Below, piece by piece: positions 12,871-27,065 of a stretch of DNA of 64,000 nucleotides. The stretch covers positions 45,880,001-45,944,000 of the forward strand of contig OX597814.1 in the NCBI GenBank assembly GCA_951406725.2. The letters run 5' to 3'. The notes below the pieces were generated by a model. The model was not told the DNA's origin, ran no database searches, and saw only the letters and a program-made list of their open reading frames with translations. The stretch is from Octopus vulgaris (lineage: Eukaryota). The position numbers were made by a program, and so were the translations under genes. Every line of letters begins with the position of its first letter. Positions within the stretch are counted from its first letter, which is position 1.

Positions 12871-13215
12871 TGAAAATCAAATGGAAATTGTTGTTAAGAT
12901 ACGCGTGTGCCGGTGACACATTAAAAGCACCAACCAATCGTGGCCATTTGTCAGCCTCGTTTGGCCCCTGTGCTGGTGGCACGTAAAAAGCACCCACTAC
13001 ACTCACGGAGTGGTTGGCGTTAGGAAGGGCATCCAGCTGTAGAAACACTGCCAGATCAGGCTGGTGCCTGGTGCAGCCTCCTGGCTTCCCAGACCCCATT
13101 CGAACCGTCCAACCCATGCTAGCATGGAAAACGGACGCTAAATGATGATGATGATGATATATATATTATATATATTTATATGTGATGTGTGTGTGTGTGT
13201 GTGTGTGTGTGTGTC

Positions 13216-13284
<69 letters not shown>

Positions 13285-13679
13285 ACACACCCACACACAC
13301 ATACACACACACCCTAACTTTTCATCACCTTCTTCACTGCCCTCTCCCCTCTCAAAGGATCTTTGTCTTGCAAGTTACTTGGTGACCCTGCCTGTTCTGG
13401 TGCCATGTAAAAAGCACTTAGTCTACTCTGTTGGGTGGTAGTTGTTAGGAAGGGCATCCAGCTATAAAAATTATGCCAAAACAAATACTGAAGCCTGGTG
13501 CAGTCTGCCTAGCCAGCTCCTGTCAAACCGTCCAACCCATGCCAGCATGAAAAGCAGACGTTAAATGATAATGATGATGATGATGATGATGATGAACATA
13601 TGTATACACACACATACACACATACAAACATAAAAAAGAATAAAATGTTTTGAATGACACACCAGTGCACTATAATACA

Positions 13680-14450
13680 AACAATGGACTATAATAACTT
13701 TTGTAATTTAATCATCCATAATCTGATATGATATTTCGGAATAAAATTCCTTTTTCAGATATCCCTAGGAATTGATGGAGTCACTGCTATAATCGGTTTT
13801 CCAATGGCTTTTCTGTTTCTTTTGGGGTTTTTTTACGGAAACATCTCAGCAGTGGTCTCACGAAGCTCCTTCCGGAATTCCTCATGAGATGTGCATGAGG
13901 TCGGCCATGTCTCAATCTCATGTGTGCTGGCACATCCGTTGCGCTGCTTCTAAGTTATGTGTTATACGTGCAGCTTCCTTTCCCCCCCCCATTCTTTTTT
14001 TTTTTTTTTTTGTTATAAACAATACATGAGCATGTTATCAAAAATGAACCAACACGCATCCAGATGTAGCTAAATAATATATTGATTACCAACCTCCAGC
14101 CTTTTGTTAATTTAGGGCTCTAGTCTGTGTACGAGTATAACTTCCTTAATTCTTAAATTACCCAAATTTCTTTCATTGGCTTCAATTGTGACTGTTATGC
14201 TTTTGTTGGTGCTCCGACATCTGTCTAGATGTTTTCTGAAGGAGGAGGCTCTCCTGTTCAGATGTTCTTTGATGTGGACATGTAAAGGTCTTGTTGTGCT
14301 ACCCACATAGAGCTTGTTGCATTTGTCACATTGTATTCTATACACAACATTTACCTGTTGGCATAAATCTGTGTCACGGACGGGACAGTTTGTTAGTGTG
14401 CCTTGATTGTTGTCCCTTGTTCGTTTCTTTGCGAGGTGTCTTCTCAGAGA
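13680..14450 (-). mobile_element. Penelope-like element 3' part (GIY-YIG endonuclease plus downstream pseudo-LTR)
   Basis: VYRIQCDKCNKLYVGSTTRPLHVHIKEH...LRIKE (ORF 14112..14345) is a GIY-YIG signature; a hammerhead motif lies about 350 nt downstream on the same strand. Confidence 0.8.
13725..13763 (-). ncRNA. Minimal type-I hammerhead ribozyme motif (G8 replaced by A) of the Penelope-like element
   Basis: GAUAU-CUGAAAA-A-GGAAU-UUU-AUUCC-GAAA-UA-UC-AUAUC: perfect 5-bp stem I, 5-bp stem II, palindromic AUAU stem III and AUC cleavage triplet. Confidence 0.6.
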
Positions 14451-14732
14451 GGGGTTGTGTGGTAAGAAGCTGGCTTCCTAACCACATGGTTCCAGCTTCA
14501 GTCCCACAAGTCAATTGTTGCTCATCAGTACTTCTCCATTTTCTGTTTTCTTTAAATTTTGATTCTTGATAAACCCATGTTTATCTTTGTCTTTACCTAC
14601 AATTTATGAGCATATGTTTGCAAATGTATGCCCATGGTTAAATATAGGTAATATACAGGTAGTGTAATGGATACTTCTATCCCTTAGATGGTGTTATTTT
14701 AACCTCCAACTCAACTAACCTATATATATATG

Positions 14733-14795
<63 letters not shown>

Positions 14796-15020
14796 CAGGC
14801 TTCTTTCAGTTTTCATCTACCAAATCCATCACAAGCTTTGGTCAGTCAGTGGCTATAGTAAAAGATATTAGTCCTAGGTGTCAGACAGTGTGACTGAACC
14901 TGGAACCATGTGATCTTTCATAAAGGTATTAACCTTGTGAATGAAATGAAAGGCCTACAACTAGAAATCAACTTCAAGTTACTGAAACAGGTCACTTTAA
15001 GTTTACTTTATATGGCTAAC

Positions 15021-15118
15021 TGTTCATGTGTTAAGAAATGTATGCATACATCTTGTTCATATGTTAAGAAATGTATGCATACATCTGTTCATATGTTAAG
15101 AAATGTATGCATACAGCT
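15021..15118. repeat. Three tandem copies of a ~32-33-bp unit
   Basis: tgttcat(a/g)tgttaagaaatgtatgcatacatc repeated three times. Confidence 0.9.
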
Positions 15119-15779
15119 ATGAATACACAGATATACTTGCGTGCACATGCACACACACACACATACACATGCACATGGACACACACACACATGCACACAC
15201 ACACACACACGCACACACACACACACAGAGTCAAGCAAACAAACAAACCAATGTAAATACACATAAACAAACAACAAATACATTATTGTATTTCATTTTA
15301 ACTACAAAGCAGTTTTATTTTTTGTTTTTTGAAACTTTTCCTAAATTGTTAGATATAGGTGTAAACAAGTATTTATTAGCAGGATTTAGGTTAGAGTAAT
15401 TCTTTCATAATCATGCTTGACAGATTTAACCAAAAGTTAACCTATTTCTTTCATAAAAAAAACTGAATAATGTTTCTAATATTGACGGTTAATTTGCTTC
15501 CTTAAGTGGAATGCTTTTGTTAGAGACTGCACAAATTGTGATATTAGGCTCAACGTGTACCTGACTTCTCAAGTCCCTTCAACTACGAAGAACTAATTAG
15601 AAGAATATTGTTAAACTGGGTTATGTTTATTATTAAATAAACTGAGGAATAGATATAATAATCTACTGTCTGGAGAAGAAAATAGATTAAAGTAATTTAA
15701 AAACATGTATCTTTTAAGCAACTAAAAGAAGGTTGAGGTAGAATTTGCACTACAACCTCATAAAACTATCATCAGCAAA

Positions 15780-18680
15780 GTCTAACCAAACAGGTCCTTC
15801 AAGTTCTTTTCTCCAGGATAATGCCTTGGCTGTCTATACTGTATGTCATATGAAGTGGTTGGGGCAAAGCTGTCTGGATCCCCATCTGCCAGATGAGGAT
15901 AACCCCTGAGGACCAACTGGATGGGGGGGGGGTGTCATCACTTGAGTGGTGCATAGGTGTCCTTTACCAGTTATATGGAATCTGAGGAAGCCTTTTCAGG
16001 TGGGGGGCCCTGGGATGTTTTCTCTTTGAGTGATGATTCTCATCTGTCACTGATGGCTTTGGAACTTGGCTAGTTGCAAGTCACTGTGACAACTCTATTG
16101 GAGGGATGAATTCTCTACCAGTGTTTACACCTACTATACTGGCATACTGGTGAGGTAGCTGTTATGGTGGCTGACTGGCTGATTCCAATGGCATCAGATG
16201 TAACACCTGTCAATGAACATATGCAGCTGAGAATTTAACATTTTCTGCAAAGTCCATGGCTTTTGGCAAGGTCCAGGAACATCACGTCACTTTCACTCCT
16301 TGTACTGGACCCAAAAGGGCTGACAATACTCTCATATCTTGTTCTCTCAACTCCAGTAGATGCATTAAATTCTCCCAACAGGGTCCAGTATTAGGAGTGA
16401 AAGTGGTGTGATGCTCCTGGACTTAGCATTGCTGGCTCCTGGTACCAACGTCTTGAGCTGCATCACTGGACTTAGTATTCCAATACTGGTCATGTAGTAA
16501 AGGATATCCATCATCTGCTTGTAGATGGTTACTGGAGAATCCTGCAGAACTGCAAGGTTTTTCAAAGTGCTAGCTTCATGAGCACTGACAATAGGCTTGT
16601 TAAAGCTGAGTTGAGCTTATGATCAAAGTCTAAGAGGCTGAAGGCAGCCAGTCCCAGATCAGATGTTGATGAACTCAAAACTAACAGCGTAAGCAAGACT
16701 TTTTTGCAACAGCTTGGGCCTGTGCTATGTAGGGCTTGTCCCTTGACCAGTGAGTATGTGGAAAACTTACAGAGATACCTTGCTGTTGACCCCAAAAAAG
16801 AGCAGGAAACATTTCCTTTCTAGGGATACACTCACATTGGTAAAGTGCAGTCACAGGGTGAGGCTTGGTGAGGCCCCTGGTGATTTGCTTCAGGGGTTTA
16901 GTTGTGGAGTAGTCAGAGCACTGAGGTATGACAAGGAAAAGCAGTGGTGAGGAATCTCTGAAAAGGTCAAAGGTCAGCTTTATGCTTCTGATTCATGTAC
17001 TGTCTACAAAAGAATCCCTATGCTTTCAGGGTAACAAAGCCTCCTTGATATTCTGGGGTCTTAGATTCTGATGGAGGAGCCCAAGGTGGTGGCTTGCTGG
17101 GCATTGAACTTTGAGTATAAGGTGGACCCACTTAGTACTGTTATGAATGCCATGATGCCTTTGACACTGGTGACTGACCTTCCAGTCAGCTGTGATCTGC
17201 CATCTGTTGACAAAGTTTGTGTGGGGGTAAATCAGCTGAGTGGTGGGAAGGCAAGTGGTGTTTGTGGCATCCATTGGGAGATAATCAAGAAAAGTGACCT
17301 GTTGTAGTCTTGTTTTTGTGGCAGATCATCTACTCAATTTGGATCAGTGATGTCATACCACTTGTCCCTATCAAGAAAGATAAAGGTGAGCACCATGACT
17401 GTAACAACTATAGAGCTGTTACATTCTTCTTAGCGCCCAGTAAGGTCTTTGCCATGGTTATTCTAAACATAGTGCAAAGTTATTTGTTTGTCTCTCAGCA
17501 GCCAGAGCAGTCAGTGTTCACACCAAAGAAGTCAACTAACAACAAGATCCTGGTTCTTTGTGTACTCATTAAATGCAAGCAGGGCTGTTGGCAGGAGCTG
17601 CTTGCAGCCTTTTCTGACCTTCACAAGGCATTTGATTCAGTGGACAGGAATGTGCTCTGGAGGATCCTGGAGCTGCAAGGTATACCTCCCCTACAGGTTG
17701 GGTTGGTGGTGGCCTTGTATACAGTGAGTGCAGGGCTTAACATCTGACTTTTTTCCTGTTAGACATGGGGTCTGTCAGGGTTGTATTTTGGCTCTTACTC
17801 TATTCAGTGCCTACATGGATTGGATACTTGGCTGGATGGTGGCTTGATTGAGTTGTGGAGTGCTCATTAGTGAAACCAGGATTACTGACCCAGATTCAAC
17901 TGATGATACAGTTATTCTTGGATGTCTTAAGAAGTGCTTTCCTTGCACTAAGTTATAAAATGGAACCACTTGGCCTTAAGAGTCTCTAAGGGTCAAGACA
18001 GATTCAATGTTTCATTGGTTTCCTGAAGGGAATCTGTCTAGTCTGTCTCTGTTGTAGGTAAGACTATCAAAGTTGTTGACCACTTCACTTCTCTTGGCAG
18101 TGTGATCCATAGCTGCATCAGCTGTGAGTCCAAAGTCTTAAAAAGATTAGGGTGCACTGGTGTAGTTGTGGACTAACTAACAAGTGAGTTTGGCATTGCT
18201 GATATCTGAGCAGGAGGACAAAGGTTTGGGTCCTCAGGTCTCTAGTTTTTCCCATCTTGCTCTACAGCTGAGAGACTTGGACACTCTTTGGAGCCATTGG
18301 GGGTCTGCCTGAACTCATTTGGTACCAGGAAAACTTCACAGAATTGTGGGCTACCATTGACTTGATTTCATATATTCTGAAGCTGAGATGCACCTGTTAC
18401 TTTTATGATTTAGGAGTATCAGCTTAGACTGTTTGGTCAAGTTGCTTGATTTTCTGAGTTGGGTCGTGTGTACCATATTCTCTTCTCTGAGGATCTGGCT
18501 TGTGTTGGTTAGCCACAAGCCATATAACCATGGTAGATAAGGGACTATTTCACAGAGATAGGAGCTGACTAGGGCACTACTCAGAGGGTTGGCTGGGATG
18601 ACCTGAGCAGATACTAATGAATGGTGAATGCAGTAATGATGCACTCAAGCAACACATATCCTCATACCTAACTTGACCTT
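15780..18680 (+). mobile_element. Long decayed RTE-clade LINE
   Basis: LVPIKKDKGEHHDCNNYRAVT, QPEQSVFTPKKST and DLHKAFDSVDRNVLWRIL, plus GVCQGCILA-like and LLYS*ETWTL remnants; many stops and frameshifts. Confidence 0.8.
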
Positions 18681-21120
18681 TTACTTGTTTCAGATGTGGC
18701 CATTCTGGGGTTCTGTCATAAAGGATTTAGTTGAACACATTGACCCCAGTACTTATTTTTTTAAAGTCTGATATTTATTCTACTGTTTTTTTGTTTTTTT
18801 GCCAAACTGCTAAGTTATAGAAATATAAACAAACCAGCATTAGTTGTCAAACGATGATGGAAGACACACAAACACACACACCACATGATGGGCTTCTACA
18901 TAGCTTCTGTTTATTAGATTGACTCACAAGTTATGTCAATACATGGCTATAGGTGCCACACATTGGAACTGATTCCCGAAACCATCAAGGGTGAATATTC
19001 CAGGTGTGCTAAGTGTGCACTGCAGACCCATTGAAAATGGCAAATTCAATATAAATATTAACCTTACTCATTAATTTAATCACAAATCTTAATGGAAAAC
19101 TTTATTATACTCCTGCTTGAAATTTGGTGGTCATACACCACTGGAAACCATGCAGTTTCAAAGTTAGTTTCTTGACCATGCAGCAAGAACAAACTTATTC
19201 TTGATTAGAAGTATTTGTGTAGTAGATACTGACTTTCGCCAACAATTTCGGTTACACCTCAACAAACTAACTTTTAAATGTTCTTTTCAGCTAAGTACTT
19301 ACTACTCTCACTGCATCTGTTCTATTTCTTCAGAAAGTATAACTCTAGAATTCCTATCCTAGTTTACATATGATTTACATATGTTCCTTATACAAACATC
19401 ACAGAATTTTACTAGCCTGAGTTTTTCTGGTCTTAAATAAAAAAAAGAGTTTTTTTTTTTTTTTGTCTCCTTGTCCTTAGTGAGATTTAAGTACCATATT
19501 TGATAATATATAAGATGCGCTTTTTCTTTCAGAAATAGGCTTCAAATAAACACCAAAAGTTTTATATATGAAGTTGCTTTAAATATTGGTTTCAAATTTT
19601 GGTACAAGGCCAGTTTTCAGGGGTGGAGATAAGTTGATCACATTGACTACAGCACTCAACTGGTACTTACTTTATGACCCCGAAAAGATGAAAGGCAAAG
19701 TGGACTTTGGCAGGATTTGAACTCAGAACATAAAGACAGAAGAAATGCCACTAAGCATTTTGCCCAGCGTGCTAATGATTCTGTCAGCTTGTCACCTTAA
19801 GTTGCTTTAGATATTACTTGCTTTAATGCACTAAAAGCATTTTTTTGAGTATGTGTTGCTGAAATTTTGTTGTGTCTAATACACCTGTGCATTTTTTTTT
19901 TGATGCCATCAGATATGGTAATAACATATGACAGAAAACGTAAAAAGGTCAAAGTTATTAAGTTAGAGTGCATTTTCTGTAGGATATCCCTCAACAACTG
20001 ACTACAAGCAGAATAGTCAGATTAGAAACAAAGCAAAATATATCTACACTGTTGAAAAGCTCAGCAAAATAACTGACCCTAAACTTATAGTACACTTTTC
20101 TCAAAGGGATTAGTAGTTTATGTATCATACATTTCATGTTTATCACTTCCAAGTTTCATTTAAAGGAATTCAAATAATGTTATCTATTCCAAGACAAATT
20201 TATCTTTTATCATGTTCATAATTTTTTTCTTCATAAAAATGGTTTGCTCTAAATAGATCATTCAGACACAAAAAACTGTCTTTAATTACATATGCCTTAA
20301 GACACAATTCTACCACACCTACTCTATTATACAATCCAGTTTGTTTATATTCTTTATCAATACTATGAGCATTTAGGGTGTTTCCAAATATAGTGAGACA
20401 GGATCATTTAATCCATGCTTCGTAGAGGAGACACAATGGTGGTGGGAGAGTAGTGCTGGAAATGAGAACGAAGGAAAGAATTATGGTGATAATGGTAATT
20501 CTATAAAGATATAAATATAAAAGTGTGTATTTTTACTTTTGAGACTATATTTTACTAGATTTGCTAAATATATATTTTGGGAAAGATTTTGTATAGCTGG
20601 CATTTTTTAGGCTATTGCATTTACTGGGTAAAAGGAAACAGACAAACAGATATGAAAGAAATAAATTTCTGACTACACTGGAAATTGAATGAAGATAATT
20701 TCAGGTAATTGCTAATAAAGTCCCCGGTTTCCATGGCAATGAAAGTGATGTAGGATGTCAGTAACTGTTTTCTTAATTATAGCTGAGGTCAGTGGATATT
20801 ATCATCTCTTAGTGACTTATACAGAAAAATAAATATATATATAATGTGAGCCACACATGTAGAACATTCAGAGATAGTTAAATGTATTTTCACACAGTAT
20901 ATGCTGGGACTAGAAAGAGAGGATGACATTTCACAAAGGTTAAATTGATTTCCGATTATAGAAACTCACTGGAAGGAAAAGACCATGAAAATTGGCCAGA
21001 GGCAACAACTTTAAATCCTTTTATGGTAACTGAACATTTTTCAGTACACTTTTTTCATTTAATGCAGTATCACTGAGTGTGTGTGTGTATACATACACAC
21101 ATGCACACAAACAGACATAC

Positions 21121-21180
<60 letters not shown>

Positions 21181-21353
21181 ACATATATACATATATATTT
21201 ATACATACATACATATATATGTGTGTGTGTATGTATGTATATATATATATATATATATATAATTATATATTATATATATATTATTATATATATATTATAT
21301 ATATATATATTATATATATGCATATATATATATATTATATATATGCATATATA

Positions 21354-22605
21354 CTGGGTTGTCAGTATTTGTTAATTCTTTTCTATTTTAATCTTTATTT
21401 TTCATCAACAATTTTAACAAATTAGTCAGTAATATATTCTCCTTCAAAATGTCCATGACATTTTGCCAATGTTCCATTGTCTTGCCACTGATGGTTGAAA
21501 TCACCAGGTCTTGACTTGAAGAATTCATCAAGCCGTGTTTTCATCTCCATGTCATTGTTGAACAAAACGCCTCACAGAGTCTTGGGGAATAACCAATAAA
21601 AACAATAAACTGAAGGCACTATATCAAGAAAATATAGTTGATACAGTAGAATCTTAGATAGAATGTTTGGTCAAATTAGCAATGTGGCAGTGAGTGTTGT
21701 CATATCAAAGAAGCATGCAATGTTGCTAGTTGAGTTGTTTCAGCTGGATTGCTTTGTTGAGCCTGTGCATTTACTTATAATAAAGCTGTGCATTTATTGT
21801 GCAGTTATTTTCAAGGATTTTGATGTAATTTAGGCCTTCCTAATCCCACCAAACACAGACCTTTGTCATGCATGAATGTAGTTCTGGCTTGGCTTGAGGT
21901 GCTGCTTACATGCTGGAACTCAGCCATCCTTTCCTCAGCTTTTTATTGACATGAAGATACCATTTTCCATCACTGGTAGTGATGCAACAAAGAAATCTCT
22001 CTTTGTGTCTATGAGTAACCAGGTGATGAGCAAGTAAACTGGTGGTGATAAAGGAACACTGGAAATTGTCTCTTTCATTCAGGGTATGTGGCACCCAGGC
22101 ACTGAGATTTTGGATCTTACTCATTACATGAAGGTGATGGGTGATGATTTCATGAGAGCAGCTTATCTGGTGGGCCAATTCCTTAGTGGACTGGTGCAGA
22201 TCCTTGTGTACAAGCTCATTCTCATTAGATTGGACAAATAGGCTAGAATGTGAAGAGTCTGATAAACTGAATTTTCTCTCTTCAAAGTGTGCAAGCCATT
22301 TCTGTGCAGTTCCTTCAGTAATAATGCCTCCAAAGACAGTACAAATGTCTTGAGCTACTTTGGAAGCTTTGGAACCAATATTGAAAGCAAAGAGATGTTG
22401 CAAATGCTAATTTTTGTTTGTTTTTGACATGACAGTCCATTGTTATATGTCTGAAAAGAGGGAAAAATTTATTTAAATTTAAAAAATGATAAACAAAAGT
22501 TGGAGTAGAAGAATAAAAACTCCATAAAATTCTACAATAAGAATATATTTTGTGTTAATTCAAATAACATTGGAAAGAAATGAATGAATTTATCTGACCA
22601 CCCAG
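21354..22605 (-). mobile_element. Full-length decayed mariner transposon (~1.25 kb)
   Basis: TA-flanked TIRs ctgggttgtcag / ctgaccacccag; ORF 21906..22403 with WVPHTL and ITTSDGKW; YSPDLAPSD-like remnant (YFLDIVPSVY). Confidence 0.85.
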
Positions 22606-24245
22606 TATGTATCTTTATATTAATGTTTGTCTTTATGTCAAGTTATATATGTAAAAATTCAACATCAAAGTGAAGGATTACTCAATACTTTTTATTTGAG
22701 GGCATGTTTATTAAACTTTCACAAAGAAGTGGTTGACAGTGACTTTGAAGTTTCAACTTGTTCCCTTTATCAAACTTTGCAATAATTGGGTTCTTCTTGG
22801 TTTTATATAGTCTTTAGCAGTTTCTTTTTTTTTTGTGGATAGGTGGAGCTATGTAAAATGTTAATTAGGTGTGGTATGACTAGGTCAGGGAGGCAGTATT
22901 GTAGGATGAAAAGGTAGAAGTGAATATGTGTTTGTAGGACGTGGGTTGATAGAAAGCTATTGTATTATATTTGGTTTGATGTAGGAATTGTGTTCTTGTT
23001 TAGGGCTCAGTTAAGTGTGGATGTAATTGGGTAAATAGATGTGTCAAATTCAGGTCACAACATTCTTTGTATAGAAAGTGAGTTTTTGTTGTGTTTTAGT
23101 GTTCACAAGAAAATGCTTGTAGACGAATTTGTTGGTCACTCAGCACATGTCAGACTAAGATTACATTGGTGTTATCAGGTTTTTAAAGAAATTTTTAACT
23201 GTGTGTTTTGTGAAGGTTAGGATTAAAAGAGTAGTTTGTAGTTTAGTTGTAGTCTGCTCTTGGGCAGGTCCTGTGCAATCTGGGAGGGCCCATACCCTCC
23301 CCTGCTGTCATTAAGTTGGCTACAATGACTCTACTTGAGATGAATAGTGGAGTGGTTTTCTGTTGCCTCCTCCAGGCCAGTGGGATTTGAACTCAGAATG
23401 TAGAGAGCTTGAAGATATCTGTAAAGCATTTCTGTGATGCACCAATGATTCTGGTACTTTCTCATCAGCAGAGCAATGTGAAATGAAGTGTTTTAATCAA
23501 GAACACAATGTGCTGGCCAGTTTGGGAATCAAACCCATGATCGCTAGATCACGATTATAATACCTTAGCTATTATGTCACACACTCTCACATTGAAAAAC
23601 TATTTAACTATAAATATTGTAAAAATTGATTGGTCCTTTGAGACAATCTGCACACCTTTTTTCTGTTATTTCCAAGGTTGTTTCTTGTGATGACTATTTT
23701 CTATGTATCAGACTATGTCATATCAATACTATGGACTTACTTTCTACATCTTCCTAGAGTCTACCTGTTTATATTCCAACAATTAAGAACTTCCTTAACT
23801 TTTATTGACCTCCTGCAATTTATACTCCTTATGCATTTGTTTATCTCTATATTTGCTCTAAATATGTCATAATCTGACTGATACCTGTTGTTTGTCTGCA
23901 TATACTTTTGTCCTATTACACATACATGTGTGTGTGTGTATAAATATATATATGTATATACATTTTGTATAATTCAGGTGCAAACCTTGTAATATGCATT
24001 TAAGAGTCCTTATGTCATTATTTGGCTACCACATGGTATCCTACAGCAGGGTATATTCCTGGGCTGGAATCAACTAGAGTGGATAAATGAAATGTACAGT
24101 GTATACTCAGAGTATTCAGAAGAATCCAGCAGACGAACTAATCATATTCCACCTGATGAAGCACCCACACATGGCTACAATTTGACTGAAACCTGTAAAA
24201 GAATAAAAGAATGAAACAATGATAAAAGATAATACATATATATAC

Positions 24246-24318
<73 letters not shown>

Positions 24319-24425
24319 TGTTATGGAGATGTACTTGCATAGCATGTGACCTGATCTGAGGTTGTGTTCTGAAACAAAAACAATTGCAGTGTGGAAGGTG
24401 TTTATGAGCCATTTAAAAAACACAC

Positions 24426-24597
24426 AAAGACCGTTAGATTCACTCCAACATTTAAATTTAATTAGTCAAAATATTTTTGTCACTTTGAGACTTGTTCACT
24501 GACAAAATTCCATGCTAGTGAACAGGTTGTGGTCTCAAATCGACAAAAATATTTTGAGAAATTAAATTTAAATGTTAAAGTGAATTTAATGGTTTTT
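24426..24597. repeat. ~170-bp near-perfect palindrome (foldback/MITE-like hairpin)
   Basis: Left arm ...aacatttaaatttaattagtcaaaatatttttgtc...ttgttcact pairs with right arm agtgaacagg...gacaaaaatattttgagaaattaaatttaaatgtt; loop about 16 nt. Confidence 0.85.
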
Positions 24598-25699
24598 ACG
24601 TATATATGGAAAGAAGTGTATTCCTATGCAAGATAAAATATAGGAAAATTTGTTTTGCAATCTGAAATGCACCTGAGTTCAAAAAACATGCAGTTGTTTT
24701 TAAATAGATTAATTTTTGTACATACCAAACTAGTTTCAATGATTTTTTTTGTTTATCAACAGTACAAATATATATAAAAAACAAGTGTTTTTTTTTAACA
24801 GAATTTAAAATTACAGACAAACATGTTTGAACGATCAAATGTTCCAATAAATTTCAATGAGTTTCACAGGGAAAGATAATATCAGAGTGAATGTTCGGTG
24901 AATGTTGGAAGTTTGGTAATATTGAGTTTTTATTGAAAAAAAAAAAAGTAAGAAAAAAGGATTTTTTTTACAATTTCTTTTGCAATGTGTGTAGTTTCTT
25001 CACATATTGGGCTCTTCACTTTCCATGCTGTTTTGGGGGATTTTGAAAATTTTTTGTGTATATATATATATGATTTTATGGGAAAGGATTTAATTTTTGA
25101 TTGATTATAATTTTGATGATATCTTACTCTTTTTGGTGGATGTTTTTGGTCAAAAAGTACATTTTGTTTTGACATTAGTGTTTTGGTTGGTTATTTGATT
25201 CCCTGTACATAGGAACAAGTTTTGATTGGTTGTGGGTTTCATGACATCACTTTATTTTGATAAAGAACCTGTTTTTCTTTTGGTCAAGTTTAGAGTTCTG
25301 CTTGGTTGACTTCCCTGTAGGGACTTCATCATTAGTTTTTGTCTAATGGTCATCAACTGTTCTGGTTGGTTGGTTCCTTTAAAGAATCAGTTTGTTTTTT
25401 ACTGAGAGTCCAGTTTTGATTGGAGATAAAGTTTCACAGTGTGAGATGACATTAGCAATTGGTGTTTGAGAAGGTGTATGGTGTTATTGCATAGTAATTT
25501 GAAGTTGGGGTTTCAAAACCCTGGGGGAGCCTATTACTAAAGTTTTTGAATTATGTCTTTTGTATCTAGTCGTTTTTTTGTGGAAAAATTGAGTTTTTCT
25601 TCTTTCTGGTGTGTTATTAAAGGATATTTAGTTGCAGTTATATTTTTTAATGAGCATGCTTTCCTTATTCAATTGGAATTCAGTTGAAGAGTTTCTGGT

Positions 25700-25995
25700 G
25701 CATTGATAGAGAGGGAAGATTTAACATTTCGAGTTTATGTCTGCAGGGGATTGATCCAGGTGTTTGCTTACAAGAATTTTCCTGGCTGTAGGGTCCTGGA
25801 TTTGTTGCCTGTGTACCATCAATCTGTCCCTCAAGATCAAACTAGTTTGATCTATGTAGTCTCAATCACAGCCACCACATTTGAGGACATAGATTTAAGT
25901 TCTTTGATGTATAGGTGAAGTGATTTTTTTAATGGTGAAATTTGACCTGACTTAAATTTGTATGTTAAACCCTCCAAGAAGTAGATGCAAGTCCT
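25700..25995 (-). mobile_element. Penelope-like GIY-YIG fragment
   Basis: Frameshifted minus translation SKNL.YVLKCGGC..YIDQTSLILRDRLMVHRQQIQD...VSKH, followed by cgaaatgttaaatc, the 3' half of the 12.6-kb hammerhead motif. Confidence 0.65.
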
Positions 25996-26005
25996 GCAGT
26001 TGGTA

Positions 26006-26055
<50 letters not shown>

Positions 26056-27065
26056 CACTCTTTTATTTTGACAAATATATAATCATGTAAGTCCAGTCTG
26101 TATGTAGGCTTGAGATAGACTAACTTGTGCGTGAGTTCATATAAATGTACACACATGCATGTGTGTGTGTGTGTGTGTGTGTAAGTATGTATGCACAATG
26201 CATGTACATATGCTTGCTTATATATATAAATATATATATGTAAATATATATATATGGCATCTATTAAATATAGATACATATCTTTATAAGAGTGAGATAA
26301 CAATTGAAAGTTTACTTACACTACAAAATTTTGCCTTTTAAATGTTAGTGGCTAGGACTCAACATTTCTTATTTTGTTATATTCACAGAGCAGAATAAAT
26401 CACGTATCTACTTTACTAAGTAGTTGTAAGTGGGCGAAATTTTGCAACATCCTTTCAATTGGCCATGAAACTGACATAGCATACATCCGCTTTTGTGAAA
26501 TGTCTTTCTCTCATTTCTCAGTCGTTGAATTTCTGTCTACAAGCTCTATCTTTCTGTTCTTCTTCATCTTCAAATTATTATTTGTTAAAAAAAATATATT
26601 ATTTTGTGCAATATTCTCGAAGTGTTTGAAATAAGAAATAAGCATACTAACATATCACCATCTTATAATTTTATTAATGGCAGACAGATATACTTTCCTT
26701 TGATATTTGCAAAATAGTAACCTACATACAAACTGTTTGTATTTAAACAGATGTCAGCTCATGTTCCCATCCTATGTCACTTAAAGTCATTTTTTTTTTT
26801 TGTTGATTTCGTTTTGTCTCCTGCAAAAGTGTAATTTGTTTACAATATTAATATAAATAACATTTTGCTATTGCTGTAAATATTTTGTGGAAATATTGTT
26901 TCATAAAAGTGGAAATATTGTTTCATAGAAGTTTTTCAAAGTGAAAGAAAGACACCATTTATTATTTTGATAGACAAACAAATACAAAAGAATTATTGAA
27001 GAATTTCACTTTGCATTACTAATTATTTTAGTCAGAAATATGTGTCATAGAAATAAGCAGTTTAA

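Noticed and set aside
12055-12986. Many YIYI/CVCV/HTHT ORFs (also at 3.2, 4.0, 5.6, 15.1, 21.1, 24.2 and 26.0 kb)
   Set aside because: Translations of microsatellites.
15021-15118. Regularly spaced ~32-bp repeats resembling a CRISPR array
   Set aside because: Head-to-tail units with no spacers, no cas genes, eukaryotic context.
22780-23260. Possible further Penelope RT relic
   Set aside because: Too decayed to recover a diagnostic motif by eye.
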